A stretch of 64,000 nt of DNA from an uncultured Halioglobus sp. (GCA_964519755.1 CAZFJQ010000002.1:83307-147306); one strand, 5' to 3'; shown: positions 30,973 to 41,802, counted from the stretch's first letter. Numbers and translations are program-made. Notes: generated by a model not told the origin, from the sequence alone.

Positions 30973-31143
30973 GCGCGGATCTGGACACTCCTTTCAGCAT
31001 GGGCGGGAGCCCGTGTCGCCGCGAGGTGTCTGTAGCGGCGAACGGGTGCCGCCAAGCGGCGGCACCAGCCCCTGAACTATCCCAGTGCATGGCAAAAAAA
31101 GTCAATCGACATTTGACCCGGCATGCCGCTGATTGTCGCTTGA

Positions 31144-33639
31144 TTGCTCTGGAACAAGTTACCCGTGAGATTTTTCGCTAGACTCCAGTTACCCATCTTG
31201 AAGAATAAATGGAGATATGCCTTGGCGCGTCAACAGTCTGATACTGCACTGTCGGTAACGCAGCTTTACCAGCATTGCGATCCTGCGGGGCTGGCCTTCG
31301 CGGACACCTCGGAATTGGAACCTCGCGATATCTTCTTCGGCCAGGACCGGGCGGCCGATGCACTGCGGTTTGGCGTTGAGATCGGGCATGACGGCTACAA
31401 CATTTTCGTGCTGGGCCCGTCCGGTATCGGTAAGCATGAGATGGTGCGCGATTTTCTCGAGCGCAACAGCGTGGCCAGGTCAGAGCCCGGGGACTGGTGT
31501 TATGTGAATAACTTCGCCTCGGTGCAGCGCCCACGGGTGCTTCGCCTGCCTCGCGGGCGTGCCAATCGACTGCAGCGGGACATGCAGTCCTGCATGGAGG
31601 AAATTCTGGTCGCGGTGCCCGGCGTGTTCCAGAGCGCAGAGTACAAGGCGCGCCTGAATGACCTGAGTGATGAATTCAGCGAGCGCGAGCAGGGTTCCCT
31701 TAACGAAGTGGCTGAAAAGGCCCGCGCAAGCGACATTGCCCTGGTGCAAACGCCTGGCGGTTATACCCTGGCACCGCTGGCTGACGACAAGATACTTTCA
31801 CCAGAAGAATTTGAGGCCTTGCCAGGCGATGAGCGCGAGCGCATCCGTGGCATTATTGAGGCGCTGCGCGAAGACCTGAAAAAAGCCATGCGCGACCTCC
31901 CGTTATTGATGAAAGAGAGTCGTGAGCGTTTCAAGGAGCTGAACCGCAGTTTTATAAGCACAGCGGTAGATCGTATCTTTCGAGAACTGGAAGAGCGCTA
32001 CTCGGACCTGGCTGCTGTGCGCCAATTCCTGGAGGAGGTGAAGCGAGATGTGATCGAAAACGTCGATGCGTTGCGTGTTGATGAAGACGCAGCGCCAACG
32101 GAAAACCTGCGCGAGAGAGTAAAGGCGTTCCCTATGTATCTGGTGAACGCTCTGGTGGACAACGGTGAGATAGAGGGTGTCCCGGTTATTTACGAGAACA
32201 ATCCGTCGCTGGTGAATTTGCTGGGACGCATCGAACACGAATCGCAATTTGGCACGCTGATTACAAATTTTATGTTGATACGTCCGGGCGCCCTGCATCG
32301 CGCAAATGGCGGCTACCTGATCCTGGACGCCATAAAGCTTCTTACACAGCCATTTGCCTGGGAAGCGCTGAAACGTGCTCTCCAGTCGCGTGAGCTGAAG
32401 ATAGAATCTGCTGACCAGATTCTAAGTCTGGTCAGTACCCGGTCGCTCGAGCCCGAACCGGTGCCCCTTGATCTCAAAGTGATTCTGCTTGGCGATCCCA
32501 TGACTTACTATCTGTTGCGCGAATACGACCCTGATTTTCGCGCGTTGTTCAAGGTGCCTGCAGATCTTGCTACCGATGTACCGCGCTCGCCCGAGAATGA
32601 TATGGGCTACGCGTGCGTGATCGCGGCTGTGCAGAATCGACGCGCCCTGCGCCCGCTTGGATGCGCAGCCGTGGCGCGGGTGATTGAACGGGGCTCGCGG
32701 ATACTGGAGGACGCCAACCGGCTCGCGCTGGGCTTGAATGGTCTCACTGATCTGCTGGTGGAAAGCGACCATTTCGCGGCTCAGGACGGCTCTGGGCAGA
32801 TAGCTGCAGAGCATGTGCAACAAGCCATCAGCGCGTCGGATGCACGACTTGGGCAGGTGCGTGAACGTGTCACGCACGACATCCTTACTGGCATACAGCT
32901 AATCGCCTGTGAAGGGGCACGTATTGGGCAGGTTAATGGCCTCTCGGTATACCAGCTCGGCGATTTCAGCTTCGGCTGTCCGACACGTATCTCGGCGCGG
33001 GTGCGCATGGGCTCGGGCAGGGTGCTGGATATTGAGCGCGAAGTAAAAATGGGCGGCCGTATCCATTCCAAGGCAGTTCTGATTCTGAGCGCGCTCATGG
33101 CAAGTCGCTACGCGCGTGATAAACCGCTGCCGATAAGCGCGAGCCTGGTATTCGAGCAATCCTATGGCGGTATTGAAGGCGACAGTGCATCGGTTGCAGA
33201 GTTTGTAGCGCTGGTTTCTGCCATCACGGAATTGCCCGTGCTGCAGTCTCTGGCGGTCACCGGCTCACTTAACCAGCATGGCGAGGTGCAAGCCATAGGG
33301 GGCGTGAATCACAAGATCGAGGGTTTCTTTGATCTCTGCAATGCGCGGCAGCTGAATGGCCGACAGGGTGTAGTGATTCCCACTGGCAATGTGCAGCACC
33401 TGATGCTGGAGAGTCGCGTGCGTGACGCGGTTGAGCAGGGCCAGTTTCATGTGCATGCAGTTGCCGGGATCGGGGAGGCCATGCAGTTGTTGCTGGATAC
33501 ACCGCTCGACGAGATCGACCAGCGTGTAAACGTCCAGGTAGAGAAATGGATTGTCCTGTCGAGAAAGCACTTTCGGGATGGCCCTGACACTGCTGCCCCG
33601 GGCGGCGATTCGCTGGATGCCGATACCGATGAACGCTGA
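31144..33639 (+). CDS. Lon-like protease family protein (AAA+ module plus Lon_C Ser-Lys protease; AsrA-like)
   Basis: Walker A is VLGPSGIGKHE, and a long helical insert sits in the ATPase region. The C-terminal Lon protease domain has GIEGDSASVAEF (catalytic Ser) and GGVNHKIEGF (catalytic Lys). The track start is a TTG at 31144. An in-frame TTG at 31222, preceded by GGAGA, is a plausible true start. Confidence 0.85.
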   Translation: MLWNKLPVRFFARLQLPILKNKWRYALARQQSDTALSVTQLYQHCDPAGLAFADTSELEPRDIFFGQDRAADALRFGVEIGHDGYNIFVLGPSGIGKHEMVRDFLERNSVARSEPGDWCYVNNFASVQRPRVLRLPRGRANRLQRDMQSCMEEILVAVPGVFQSAEYKARLNDLSDEFSEREQGSLNEVAEKARASDIALVQTPGGYTLAPLADDKILSPEEFEALPGDERERIRGIIEALREDLKKAMRDLPLLMKESRERFKELNRSFISTAVDRIFRELEERYSDLAAVRQFLEEVKRDVIENVDALRVDEDAAPTENLRERVKAFPMYLVNALVDNGEIEGVPVIYENNPSLVNLLGRIEHESQFGTLITNFMLIRPGALHRANGGYLILDAIKLLTQPFAWEALKRALQSRELKIESADQILSLVSTRSLEPEPVPLDLKVILLGDPMTYYLLREYDPDFRALFKVPADLATDVPRSPENDMGYACVIAAVQNRRALRPLGCAAVARVIERGSRILEDANRLALGLNGLTDLLVESDHFAAQDGSGQIAAEHVQQAISASDARLGQVRERVTHDILTGIQLIACEGARIGQVNGLSVYQLGDFSFGCPTRISARVRMGSGRVLDIEREVKMGGRIHSKAVLILSALMASRYARDKPLPISASLVFEQSYGGIEGDSASVAEFVALVSAITELPVLQSLAVTGSLNQHGEVQAIGGVNHKIEGFFDLCNARQLNGRQGVVIPTGNVQHLMLESRVRDAVEQGQFHVHAVAGIGEAMQLLLDTPLDEIDQRVNVQVEKWIVLSRKHFRDGPDTAAPGGDSLDADTDER

Positions 33640-34402
33640 GCGTACACTTGTGCTGCCATTGGAAGGCGACCTGCCGGATGCGCATTTGCTTGCACTGGTA
33701 GCAAAGGTGGCGCGATTGCGCGATGCCGCTATAGATGGCGTATTGGTCGTGAGTCCGCAAATCCTGCAGGCTGCCAGCCTGCCGCTCGCCGTTGAAGTGG
33801 AGCGTTTTACCACCAGCGAGCGAGTACTGGTGCGCCGTACAGTAGAGCGTTCGGTTGCGCGCCGGGAGCATGCCGCGCAGTTATTGCTTGCAGAGTGCGC
33901 CCAGCCACATGCCGTTAGAGTGAGCTGTTCTCGCTATCTGGGCGACCTGCCAGAGATGCTGATAGCACGACCTGACGCCGATGTGCTGCTGCTGCCGCGG
34001 ATGTCTTTCGCTTCCACGCTGCGCGGTTTGCGTAACCCGGATCAGCTTGAAGAGCTGGCACTGTACTGCGATGCTGCAGTGAGTGATTTTGTGCGGTCAG
34101 TGCTGCCGCTGGTGCACAGATTGTGCTTTGAGCACGGCGTCAGGCAGCTCACTCTACTTTACGAAGCCGCCCCTGCCAGGGAGGTAGACAGCCTGCTTGC
34201 CCTGCACCTGCCCACGCGGCAGTGGCTGGTGGATACGCGAGGTGTGCATTGGGTGCGACACTTGCACCTGGGCGCCCGCAGCCTGCTGCTGTTGCCTGCT
34301 GGAGTGGCGCTCAATAGTGGATCGGCGTCACTGCTGCAACTGCTGCGTGATACCCGTGGCCCAGTGCTGCTGTTGCCTCCATCGCTCCACGCAGTCAGCT
34401 GA
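33629..34402 (+). CDS. Hypothetical protein (possibly a degenerate tandem USP-like fold)
   Basis: The ATG at 33629 overlaps the Lon-like stop by 11 nt. I recognised no confident family. There are two halves, each ending in a ...(P)VLLLP(R/P) segment, and [24 protein letters not shown] resembles the C-terminal G-x-S...PVLVV of universal stress proteins. The 3' end overlaps convergent ubiD by 8 nt. Confidence 0.45.
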   Translation: MNAERTLVLPLEGDLPDAHLLALVAKVARLRDAAIDGVLVVSPQILQAASLPLAVEVERFTTSERVLVRRTVERSVARREHAAQLLLAECAQPHAVRVSCSRYLGDLPEMLIARPDADVLLLPRMSFASTLRGLRNPDQLEELALYCDAAVSDFVRSVLPLVHRLCFEHGVRQLTLLYEAAPAREVDSLLALHLPTRQWLVDTRGVHWVRHLHLGARSLLLLPAGVALNSGSASLLQLLRDTRGPVLLLPPSLHAVS

Positions 34403-35876
34403 TGCCAAGGTCGTCCCAGATACTGTCTATGCGCTGCTTTACGGCCGCGTCCATTACGATGGGGCGACCCCATTCCCGGTCGCTTTCGCCGGGCCATTTG
34501 CCGGTGGCGTCAAAGCCGATCTTGGAGCCCAGCCCGGAAACGGGTGAAGCAAAATCCAGGTAGTCTATCGGTGTGTTATCAATGATGACGCAGTCGCGGC
34601 GCGGGTCCATGCGCGTGGTCATCGCCCAGATAACGTCTTTCCAGTCGCGTGCATTGATATCGTCGTCGGTGACCACGACAAACTTGGTATACATGAACTG
34701 CCGGAGGAATGACCACACGCCGAGCATCACCCGCTTGGCGTGCCCCGGGTACTCCTTGCGCAGTGTGACCACGGCCAGGCGATAAGAGCAGCCTTCCGGC
34801 GGTAGATAGAAATCCACAATTTCCGGAAACTGCTTTTGTAGAATGGGTACGAAGACCTCGTTGAGCGCAGCGCCGAGTATGGCAGGCTCGTCTGGCGGGC
34901 GCCCCGTGTACGTGCTGTGATAAATGGGTGATTCGCGGTGTGTGATGGCCTCCACGGTAAACACCGGAAAGCGATCCACCTCGTTGTAATAACCTGTGTG
35001 GTCGCCGAAGGGGCCTTCCTCCGCAAGCTCTCCCGGTTGCAGGTAGCCCTCGAGGATGTATTCCGCGGCGGCAGGCACTTTCAAGCCGTGCTCGCGGCAA
35101 CCCGCGGTGAAGCATTCGCTGAGCTCGGTTTTGCTTCCTCGCAGGAGGCCCGCAAAGGCGTACTCGGACAAGGCATCGGGAACGGGCGTAACCGCAGCCA
35201 GTGTGGTGGCCGGGTCCGCCCCCAGCGCGATAGCGACCGGGTAGGGCTTTCCCGGGTGTTGCAGTTGCCAGTCGCGGAAGTCCAGCGCGCCGCCGCGATG
35301 CGAGAGCCAGCGCATGATGAGTTTGTTGCGCCCGATCAACTGCATGCGGTAGATGCCCAGATTCAGCCGCTCTTTTTGCGGGCCGCGCGTGATCACCAGT
35401 GGCCATGTCACCAGCGGGCCGGCATCTCCCGGCCAGCAGGTCTGTATCGGCAGGCTCTCCAGGTCTACCTCATCGCCTTGCCTGGCGTGGTACTGACAGG
35501 GCGCATTGCGCACGGTTTTTGGGCCCATATTCAGCACCTGCTTCAGCAGCGGGGCCTTGTCCCACAGCTCGCGCATGCCTTTTGGCGGGTCCGGCTGGCG
35601 CAGGTAGGCCAGGATTTCGCCAATCTCGCGCAGGCCCTCTATGTTGTCAGCACCCATGCCCCAGGCAACGCGTTGCTGTGTGCCGAACAGGTTGGCCAGC
35701 ACGGGTACGGTATGACCTTTGGGGTTTTCGAACAGCAGGGCGGGGCCGCCCGCGCGCAGGGTGCGGTCGGCAATTTCGGTCATTTCAAGGTGAGGGTCGA
35801 TCTCGCTGGAAATACGCACCAGATCCCCGTTCTTCTCGAGTGCGGCGATAAAGTCCCTGAGGTCGGCGTACTGCAT
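34395..35876 (-). CDS. ubiD: 4-hydroxy-3-polyprenylbenzoate decarboxylase
   Basis: [54 protein letters not shown] is the canonical UbiD N-terminus. The length is 493 aa. Confidence 0.95.
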   Translation of the reverse strand: MQYADLRDFIAALEKNGDLVRISSEIDPHLEMTEIADRTLRAGGPALLFENPKGHTVPVLANLFGTQQRVAWGMGADNIEGLREIGEILAYLRQPDPPKGMRELWDKAPLLKQVLNMGPKTVRNAPCQYHARQGDEVDLESLPIQTCWPGDAGPLVTWPLVITRGPQKERLNLGIYRMQLIGRNKLIMRWLSHRGGALDFRDWQLQHPGKPYPVAIALGADPATTLAAVTPVPDALSEYAFAGLLRGSKTELSECFTAGCREHGLKVPAAAEYILEGYLQPGELAEEGPFGDHTGYYNEVDRFPVFTVEAITHRESPIYHSTYTGRPPDEPAILGAALNEVFVPILQKQFPEIVDFYLPPEGCSYRLAVVTLRKEYPGHAKRVMLGVWSFLRQFMYTKFVVVTDDDINARDWKDVIWAMTTRMDPRRDCVIIDNTPIDYLDFASPVSGLGSKIGFDATGKWPGESDREWGRPIVMDAAVKQRIDSIWDDLGIS

Positions 35877-35919
35877 ACTGCGCGGCGGTCCGGTCTAGGT
35901 TGAATCCATAGACGGCATA

Positions 35920-37188
35920 CTACTTGCGCTTCATGGATTTGAAGAATTCTTCGTTGGTCTTGGTTTCTTTCAGTTTATCCGAAAGAAACTCAATGGCGGC
36001 GGTATCTTCCATGCCGTGCAGCAGCTTGCGCAGAATCCACATACGCTGGAGTTCGTCTTCCCGGGTAAGCAGCTCCTCCCTGCGCGTGCCGGAGCGGCGG
36101 ATGTTGATTGCCGGGTAGACACGCTTCTCCGCAACTTTGCGGTCGAGGTGCAGCTCCATGTTACCGGTACCCTTGAATTCCTCGTAGATAACTTCATCCA
36201 TCTTGGAGCCGGTGTCTATCAGCGCCGTGGCGATGATAGACAGGCTGCCGCCGTCTTCGATATTGCGCGCCGCGCCGAAAAAGCGTTTCGGCCTTTCCAG
36301 AGCGTGGGCGTCTACACCGCCGGTGAGCACCTTGCCGGAACTGGGGATGACGGTGTTGTAGGCGCGTGCCAGGCGCGTGATTGAATCCAGCAGGATTACC
36401 ACATCGCGTTTATGCTCTACCAGGCGCTTGGCCTTCTCGATGACCATGTCTGCCACCTGCACGTGGCGTGCGGGTGGTTCATCGAAGGTGGATGCCACCA
36501 CTTCAGCGCCGCGAACACCGACCGAGCGCTGCATCTCGGTGACCTCTTCCGGGCGTTCGTCGATCAGCAAGACGATGATGTAGCACTCGGGGTTGTTGGT
36601 GATAATCGCCTGGGCGATATTTTGCATCATGATGGTCTTGCCGGCCTTGGGCGGCGCGACCAGGAGTCCGCGCTGGCCTTTGCCTATGGGCGAGACCAGG
36701 TCGATGATGCGGCCGGTGAGGTCCTCCGTGCTGCCGTTACCCGTCTCCAGGGTGAGGCGCTCGTCCGGAAACAGCGGCGTGAGGTTTTCAAACAGGATTT
36801 TTGACTTGGAATTCTCTGGCCGGTTGAAATTGACCTCGTCGACCTTGAGCAGTGCAAAGTAGCGCTCACTGTCTTTCGGGGGGCGTATCTTGCCGGAGAT
36901 AGAGTCACCCGTGCGCAGATTGAAACGCCGTATCTGGCTGGGAGAAACGTAAATATCATCAGGCCCTGCGAGATAAGAGCTGTCGGAGGAGCGTAGAAAG
37001 CCGAATCCGTCCTGCAGTATTTCCAGTACGCCATCGCCGTAAATATCCTCGCCGCTCTTTGCATGGCGCTTCAGGACGGCAAAGATAATGTCCTGTTTGC
37101 GCGAGCGTGCCATATTGTCCAGGCCCATCTCTTTCGCGATATCGATGAGTTCCTGGGTGGATTTTGTTTTCAGATCAGTCAGGTTCAT
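35920..37188 (-). CDS. rho: Transcription termination factor Rho
   Basis: [40 protein letters not shown], followed by Walker A (APPKAGKT) and the RNA-binding domain. It is 422 aa. Confidence 0.97.
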   Translation of the reverse strand: MNLTDLKTKSTQELIDIAKEMGLDNMARSRKQDIIFAVLKRHAKSGEDIYGDGVLEILQDGFGFLRSSDSSYLAGPDDIYVSPSQIRRFNLRTGDSISGKIRPPKDSERYFALLKVDEVNFNRPENSKSKILFENLTPLFPDERLTLETGNGSTEDLTGRIIDLVSPIGKGQRGLLVAPPKAGKTIMMQNIAQAIITNNPECYIIVLLIDERPEEVTEMQRSVGVRGAEVVASTFDEPPARHVQVADMVIEKAKRLVEHKRDVVILLDSITRLARAYNTVIPSSGKVLTGGVDAHALERPKRFFGAARNIEDGGSLSIIATALIDTGSKMDEVIYEEFKGTGNMELHLDRKVAEKRVYPAINIRRSGTRREELLTREDELQRMWILRKLLHGMEDTAAIEFLSDKLKETKTNEEFFKSMKRK

Positions 37189-37493
37189 AGGAAGTACAGA
37201 GGTGTGTGTCTCGGGCGGAAGGAGGTTAAAAAGCGTACAAATCCCGGGGGGTTGGTGAGGCCAACGCTAATGTGCTTCGGGTACGGATTGCAGGGCTATT
37301 GTTATGGCACGGGAACGTGCAACTTCGAGAAATGTAGCATGACCCTCGGGTGCCGTCTACACATTTTTTGCCAGTGGCAGGGGCATTCTCTGGTGCCCCG
37401 GAAAGTCGCCGCTGTGATATGGGGCCAGCCGGTCAGTGGTGATGTGTGCCCGGCCGCGCCTGGGCCCGCCATCGGCAGGCCCCGCGGTCTTTC

Positions 37494-37820
37494 TCAGATG
37501 ACTTCCTGTATGAACTCCGTGAGCTGTGTTTTGGACAGTGCGCCGACCTTGGTCGCTTCGGCATTACCGCCTTTGAAGACGATCAACGTGGGTATGCCGC
37601 GAATGCCAAACTTGGGTGGGATGTCGGGGTTGGCATCGACATCGACCTTGCATATTTTGAGTTTGCCATCGTATTCGGCCGCCAGTTCGTCCAGCACCGG
37701 GGCGATCATTTTGCACGGCCCACACCACTCTGCCCAGAAATCTACCAGCACGGGTATGTCTGAATTGAGAACCTCAGAATCAAAAGTGCTGTCGCTGACA
37801 TGTACGATCTGTTCTGACAT
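37494..37820 (-). CDS. trxA: Thioredoxin
   Basis: Trimmed to [41 protein letters not shown] (WCGPC active site). It is 108 aa and lies upstream of rho, as in E. coli. Confidence 0.95.
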   Translation of the reverse strand: MSEQIVHVSDSTFDSEVLNSDIPVLVDFWAEWCGPCKMIAPVLDELAAEYDGKLKICKVDVDANPDIPPKFGIRGIPTLIVFKGGNAEATKVGALSKTQLTEFIQEVI

Positions 37821-38042
37821 GCGTTTCTCCAGTTGTTCTGCGGTTTGGTACACCGCGGATGATAGACGACGGCAATCATACCATCGCACAAGTGACGCAC
37901 AACTGTGGCGCTAGAGTTTTTCGACCTGTCGATAGATCGTCGCGCTATAGCCACCCGCAGGAACGTTTATCTTTGGGGGCGTTGACGTAGAGGTGGCATG
38001 ATAGGCTATGCGCGAAAGGTCTCCTGGCAAGGGTATGATTGG

Positions 38043-38306
38043 ATGGGCGCAGGTTGGAGCGTATATATGCTGCGCTGTGCGGACGGCACTCTCTACACGG
38101 GCGTCGCTCGCGATGTGACGCGTCGCCTGCGCCAACATAACGGTGAGTTGAGCGGGGGGTCACGTTACACGCGCGGCCGCAGGCCGGTAACGCTGTTGTG
38201 GTCGGAATCCGCGCCGGATCGTGCCAGTGCCCAGCGCAGGGAACGGAATATAAAGGGATTGAGTCGAGCGCAGAAACTGCGGTTACTCCGGGAGGTTGGT
38301 GTATGA
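38043..38306 (+). CDS. GIY-YIG nuclease family protein (UPF0213/YhbQ-like)
   Basis: WSVYMLRCADGTLYTGVARDVTRRLRQHN...YTRGRRPVTLLWSE...RERNIKGLSRAQKLRLL parallels the YhbQ family. The start could be 37998 or 38043. Confidence 0.8.
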   Translation: MGAGWSVYMLRCADGTLYTGVARDVTRRLRQHNGELSGGSRYTRGRRPVTLLWSESAPDRASAQRRERNIKGLSRAQKLRLLREVGV

Positions 38307-39229
38307 AGCGGGCGTCAGGGCGGAGCGGGTGTGGTGCCGACGCGCAGCATCGTGGCGCGAGAACAGCGTGGTTCGCCCGTTCGCGCGGGTTCGTGCTGCT
38401 GGCAGTTCTGGGTGCGGCCCTGCTCGCAGGCTGTGGGCGCGAGGGCGAGCTGACAGGACATTACGCGGCCCAGGCTGGAGAGCCGAGGGCGCGCGTTCTA
38501 TTCCTGGCCGGTCGCGACAGTCATGGTCCCTGGGCACATGAACATCGCGCGGGCTCGCTACTGCTGGCAGAGGCCCTGCACCACCAGCAGCCGGAGTTCG
38601 ATGTGAAGGTCGTGTACGGCGGCTGGCCGGCTGACGATTCTCTCCTGCAGGGCGTGGATAGCATTGTGTTCTATTGTGACGGTGGCCCCGGGCACATGCT
38701 CAACAACCACCTGCCCCGTTTCCAGCAGCTGCTGGATGCCGGAGTCGGCGTGGTCGCCCTGCACTACGCGGTGGAAGTGCCGCCCGGTGGGGAGGCCGCC
38801 GCGGCCATGTTGCGTGCTATCGGCGGCTACTTCGAGACTCACTGGTCGGTGAATCCGCACTGGACGGCGAGTTTTACATCCCTGCCCGGGCATCCTGTAG
38901 CGCAGGGAGTCGTCCCTTTCACACTCAAGGATGAGTGGTACTTCAATATGCGCTTTGTACCGCAGATGACGGGGGTAACGCCGATTCTCTCGGCAGTGGC
39001 ACCGCCGGAGACAATGCGACGCGATAACGGCCCGCACAGTGGCAACGACGCAGTGCGAAAACTGGTTGCGGACGGGGTGCCACAGGTCGTGGCATGGGCC
39101 TATGAGCGACCGGGGAATGGACGCGGTTTCGGCTACACCGGCGGTCACTTTCACGCTAACTGGGACGATGCGAACGCACGTCAGCTGGTGCTGAACGCGG
39201 TAGTCTGGACCGCTCAGCCCGGGCCCTAG
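38303..39229 (+). CDS. ThuA-domain-like lipoprotein (glutamine-amidotransferase-like fold)
   Basis: The ATG at 38303 has a GGAGG RBS 7 nt upstream and overlaps the previous stop (ATGA). It has the lipobox LLAGC. The VLFLAGRDSHGP...SIVFYCDGG...VVALHYA pattern resembles the ThuA family. The assignment is from memory of the family pattern. Confidence 0.55.
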   Translation: MKRASGRSGCGADAQHRGARTAWFARSRGFVLLAVLGAALLAGCGREGELTGHYAAQAGEPRARVLFLAGRDSHGPWAHEHRAGSLLLAEALHHQQPEFDVKVVYGGWPADDSLLQGVDSIVFYCDGGPGHMLNNHLPRFQQLLDAGVGVVALHYAVEVPPGGEAAAAMLRAIGGYFETHWSVNPHWTASFTSLPGHPVAQGVVPFTLKDEWYFNMRFVPQMTGVTPILSAVAPPETMRRDNGPHSGNDAVRKLVADGVPQVVAWAYERPGNGRGFGYTGGHFHANWDDANARQLVLNAVVWTAQPGP

Positions 39230-41157
39230 CCGATGCGATTGTGGCCGTCGGGCGCACTTTCGCCGGCGTCCAGTTCCTCGAGCGCCTGCTGTTGGGTCAG
39301 CCAGGTATCGTCCAGCGCGTCGGCCTGCACCTGCAACCGGCCCTCCTTGAGCAGCAGCTCTTCGAGAGCTTCGCGGCGTTCGTCCGTGTAGATCTCCGTG
39401 TCCGCGAGTTGTTCTCGAACCGCGATCAGTTGCCCCGCAATTTTTGTCATCTCGCGCTCGGTTCTCTCGAGCTTTTTCTGCAGGGGGCGACGCTGCTCCC
39501 GACTGGCGGCAGAATCCTGGCGTTTTTGTTTGCGATTGTCGGAGCCATTAGTGGTGGCCGGGCGTTGTTCGCTGCTGTAGCGCGACATTATCCAGTTCTC
39601 GTAGGCGCGCAGGTCATCCCGGTATTCCTCTACCTGCCCGTCGTGGACCAGGAGGAGTTCCTCCACCGTGTTGCGCAACATGTGGCGGTCGTGGCTCACC
39701 AGCACCAGCGCCCCGGCAAAATCCACCAGGGCGACTTCCATCGCGTGGCGCATGTCCAGGTCGAGGTGGTTGGTCGGTTCGTCCAGCACCAGCAGGTTTG
39801 GCCGCTGCCAGACGACCATTGCCAGGGCCAGCCGTGCTTTCTCACCGCCCGAGAGCGGCTCTACCGGGGCTTTGACGGCATCGCCACGAAAATTGAAACC
39901 ACCGAGAAAATCCAGCACCGCCTGCTCGCGCGCATCGGGGCTCAGGCGCTGGATGTGTAGCGCGGGGCTGGCCTGCATGTCCAGCGCCTCCAACTGCTGT
40001 TGGTCGAAGTAACCGATACGCAGGTGTTCGCCCTGGCTGCGGCGCCCCGCCAGCAAGGGCAATGCACCAACAATGCTTTTCAGCAGTGTCGACTTGCCCG
40101 CGCCGTTGCGCCCCAGGAGCCCCAGGCGCGTCCCGGGACGCAATTGCAGATCTACATTCTGCAGTATGGGTGTCTGCCCGTAGCCGAGAGCACATTCATC
40201 CAGGCGCACCAGGGGGTCGCTGGATTTTTCCGGCGGTACAAAGCGGAAGTCGAACGGTGAGTCGGCGTGCGCAGGTGCCAGCATTTGCATGCGCTCCAGC
40301 TCCTTGAGACGACTCTGGGCTTGCTTCGCCTTGGTTGCCTTGTAGCGGAACCGCCGCACGAAATCCTCAATTTCGGCCGCACGTCGCTGTTGCCGTTCGT
40401 AGTTGGCCTGCTGGTTTGCCAGGCGCTCGGCGCGCAGGCGTTCGAAATCGGAGTAGTTGCCTTTGTAGGTCTGCAGCGACTGCTGCTCAATGTGCAGAAT
40501 GCGTTCGCAGGTTGCATCAATGAAGTCGCGATCGTGGGAAATGAGCAGCAGCGTTCCCGGGTAGCGTTGCAGCCACTGCTGTAGCCACAGTGTTGCGTCG
40601 AGATCCAGGTGGTTGCTTGGCTCGTCCAGCAGCAGGACATCCGATGGTGTCATGAGTGCGCGCGCAAGGTTCAGCCTGATTCTCCAGCCCCCGGAAAAAT
40701 CACTGACTGCGCGCGTTACGTCGCTCTCCGCGAAGCCAAGGCCCTGTAGCAGGCGAATGGACCGGCGTTCCGCACTGTAGCCGTCAATCGCCTCCAGCTC
40801 AGGGTGAATCCGGGCGGCGCGCTCGAAATCGCCCGCGTTTTCCAGATTGCGCAAAGTATCTTTAAGCTGCGCAAGTTGCGTGTCGCCGCGCCACACGAAC
40901 TCGCAGGCCGGTTCCGCAGTGGCATGAACTTCCTGCGCCATATGCGCCACGCGCAAGTTGTTCATGCCCTCGATCTCGCCTGAGTCGGCCCCCATCTGCC
41001 CGAGGAGCAGGGAAAACAGACTGCTCTTGCCGCAGCCATTGGCGCCGATCAACGCCAGGCGCTGCCCCGGCTGCAGGGTTGCATTGGCCGACTGCAGCAG
41101 CAGTTTGCTGCCGCGCCGCAGGCTGATGTCGCGCAGAATGATCATAGGGCGGCGCAT
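39226..41157 (-). CDS. yheS: ABC-F family ATPase YheS
   Basis: Two ABC cassettes are joined by a linker, followed by a C-terminal coiled coil. It is near-colinear with E. coli YheS (for example SDFSGGWRIRLNLARAL, YKATKAKQAQSRLKELERM, LSGGEKARLALAMVVWQRPNLLVLDEPTNHLDLDMR). The likely true start is MIILRD at 41145. Confidence 0.9.
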   Translation of the reverse strand: MRRPMIILRDISLRRGSKLLLQSANATLQPGQRLALIGANGCGKSSLFSLLLGQMGADSGEIEGMNNLRVAHMAQEVHATAEPACEFVWRGDTQLAQLKDTLRNLENAGDFERAARIHPELEAIDGYSAERRSIRLLQGLGFAESDVTRAVSDFSGGWRIRLNLARALMTPSDVLLLDEPSNHLDLDATLWLQQWLQRYPGTLLLISHDRDFIDATCERILHIEQQSLQTYKGNYSDFERLRAERLANQQANYERQQRRAAEIEDFVRRFRYKATKAKQAQSRLKELERMQMLAPAHADSPFDFRFVPPEKSSDPLVRLDECALGYGQTPILQNVDLQLRPGTRLGLLGRNGAGKSTLLKSIVGALPLLAGRRSQGEHLRIGYFDQQQLEALDMQASPALHIQRLSPDAREQAVLDFLGGFNFRGDAVKAPVEPLSGGEKARLALAMVVWQRPNLLVLDEPTNHLDLDMRHAMEVALVDFAGALVLVSHDRHMLRNTVEELLLVHDGQVEEYRDDLRAYENWIMSRYSSEQRPATTNGSDNRKQKRQDSAASREQRRPLQKKLERTEREMTKIAGQLIAVREQLADTEIYTDERREALEELLLKEGRLQVQADALDDTWLTQQQALEELDAGESAPDGHNRIG

Positions 41158-41220
41158 TCTACCCTAGTGCTTGCGCACAGCGCGAGGTATCGTTCAGGGA
41201 TGCTTGCCCGGGGTGCATCC

Positions 41221-41748
41221 ATGGCCGAAAAAGCCGCCACTAACCCGTTCTGGGATTACTCCCTCACCGTTTATCAGGGCCGTGTCGCGACGCTGTGCCT
41301 GGAGCTGCAGGACGATTGCGGCATAGACATCAACCTGCTGTTGTACGCGGCCTGGTTGGCTCATCGGGGCAGGCCGCTGACAGCCGACCACCTGGCCGCG
41401 CAGGAGGCGGCGGTGAGCCACTGGCGCGCGCGTGCTGTGCAACCCTTGCGTGCCTTGCGCAGGAATCTGCGGGATTTTGCCCCGGCCGCTGCCCTGCGCG
41501 AGAAGCTCGCCGAACTGGAGCTGTCGGCGGAGCGCACGGAGCAGGACATCCTTTACGCGGGAAGTGTCGAAGCAGTCGCCCCCGGGGCGCGGCAGGGTGA
41601 CGCCGGGGTGTCCCGGTTTCGCACTCAACTGGCACTCGTGGCGGCGGCGGGGGGAGCCGAAAAAACCCTGTGGGAGCCGCGCGTTGACGCGCTGGTGTCA
41701 CTGCTCGCGTGCCCTGACCCGGGGGTGGCGCCCCGCAGTAGCCGGTAG
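41221..41748 (+). CDS. TIGR02444 (DUF2390) family protein
   Basis: Trimmed to MAEKAATNPFWDYSLTVYQGRVATLCLELQDDCGIDINLLLYAAWL, the characteristic family opening. It is divergent from yheS, a recurrent pairing. Confidence 0.7.
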   Translation: MAEKAATNPFWDYSLTVYQGRVATLCLELQDDCGIDINLLLYAAWLAHRGRPLTADHLAAQEAAVSHWRARAVQPLRALRRNLRDFAPAAALREKLAELELSAERTEQDILYAGSVEAVAPGARQGDAGVSRFRTQLALVAAAGGAEKTLWEPRVDALVSLLACPDPGVAPRSSR

Positions 41749-41802
41749 TAACATGGGCGCCCACTGCGACCACACCCATTACTTTAGCGAACGGATTACA
41801 TT

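Noticed and set aside
31144-33639. Lon-like protease as a BREX BrxL-type defense component.
   Set aside because: No PglZ, PglX methyltransferase, BrxA/B/C or other defense genes are adjacent. The architecture (helical insert in the AAA+ module, ~800 aa) matches the stand-alone AsrA-like Lon family instead.
37305-37321. TGGCACgggaaCGTGCA, which looks sigma-54-like, in the trxA-rho intergenic region.
   Set aside because: The GG-to-GC spacing is one nucleotide too long. It is also on the plus strand, pointing antisense into trxA, with no downstream gene.
37189-37493. The 305-bp gap between trxA and rho as a possible hidden gene or sRNA.
   Set aside because: A long, structured rho leader used for autoregulatory attenuation is established biology. 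I found no convincing ORF or terminator-bounded small RNA by eye.
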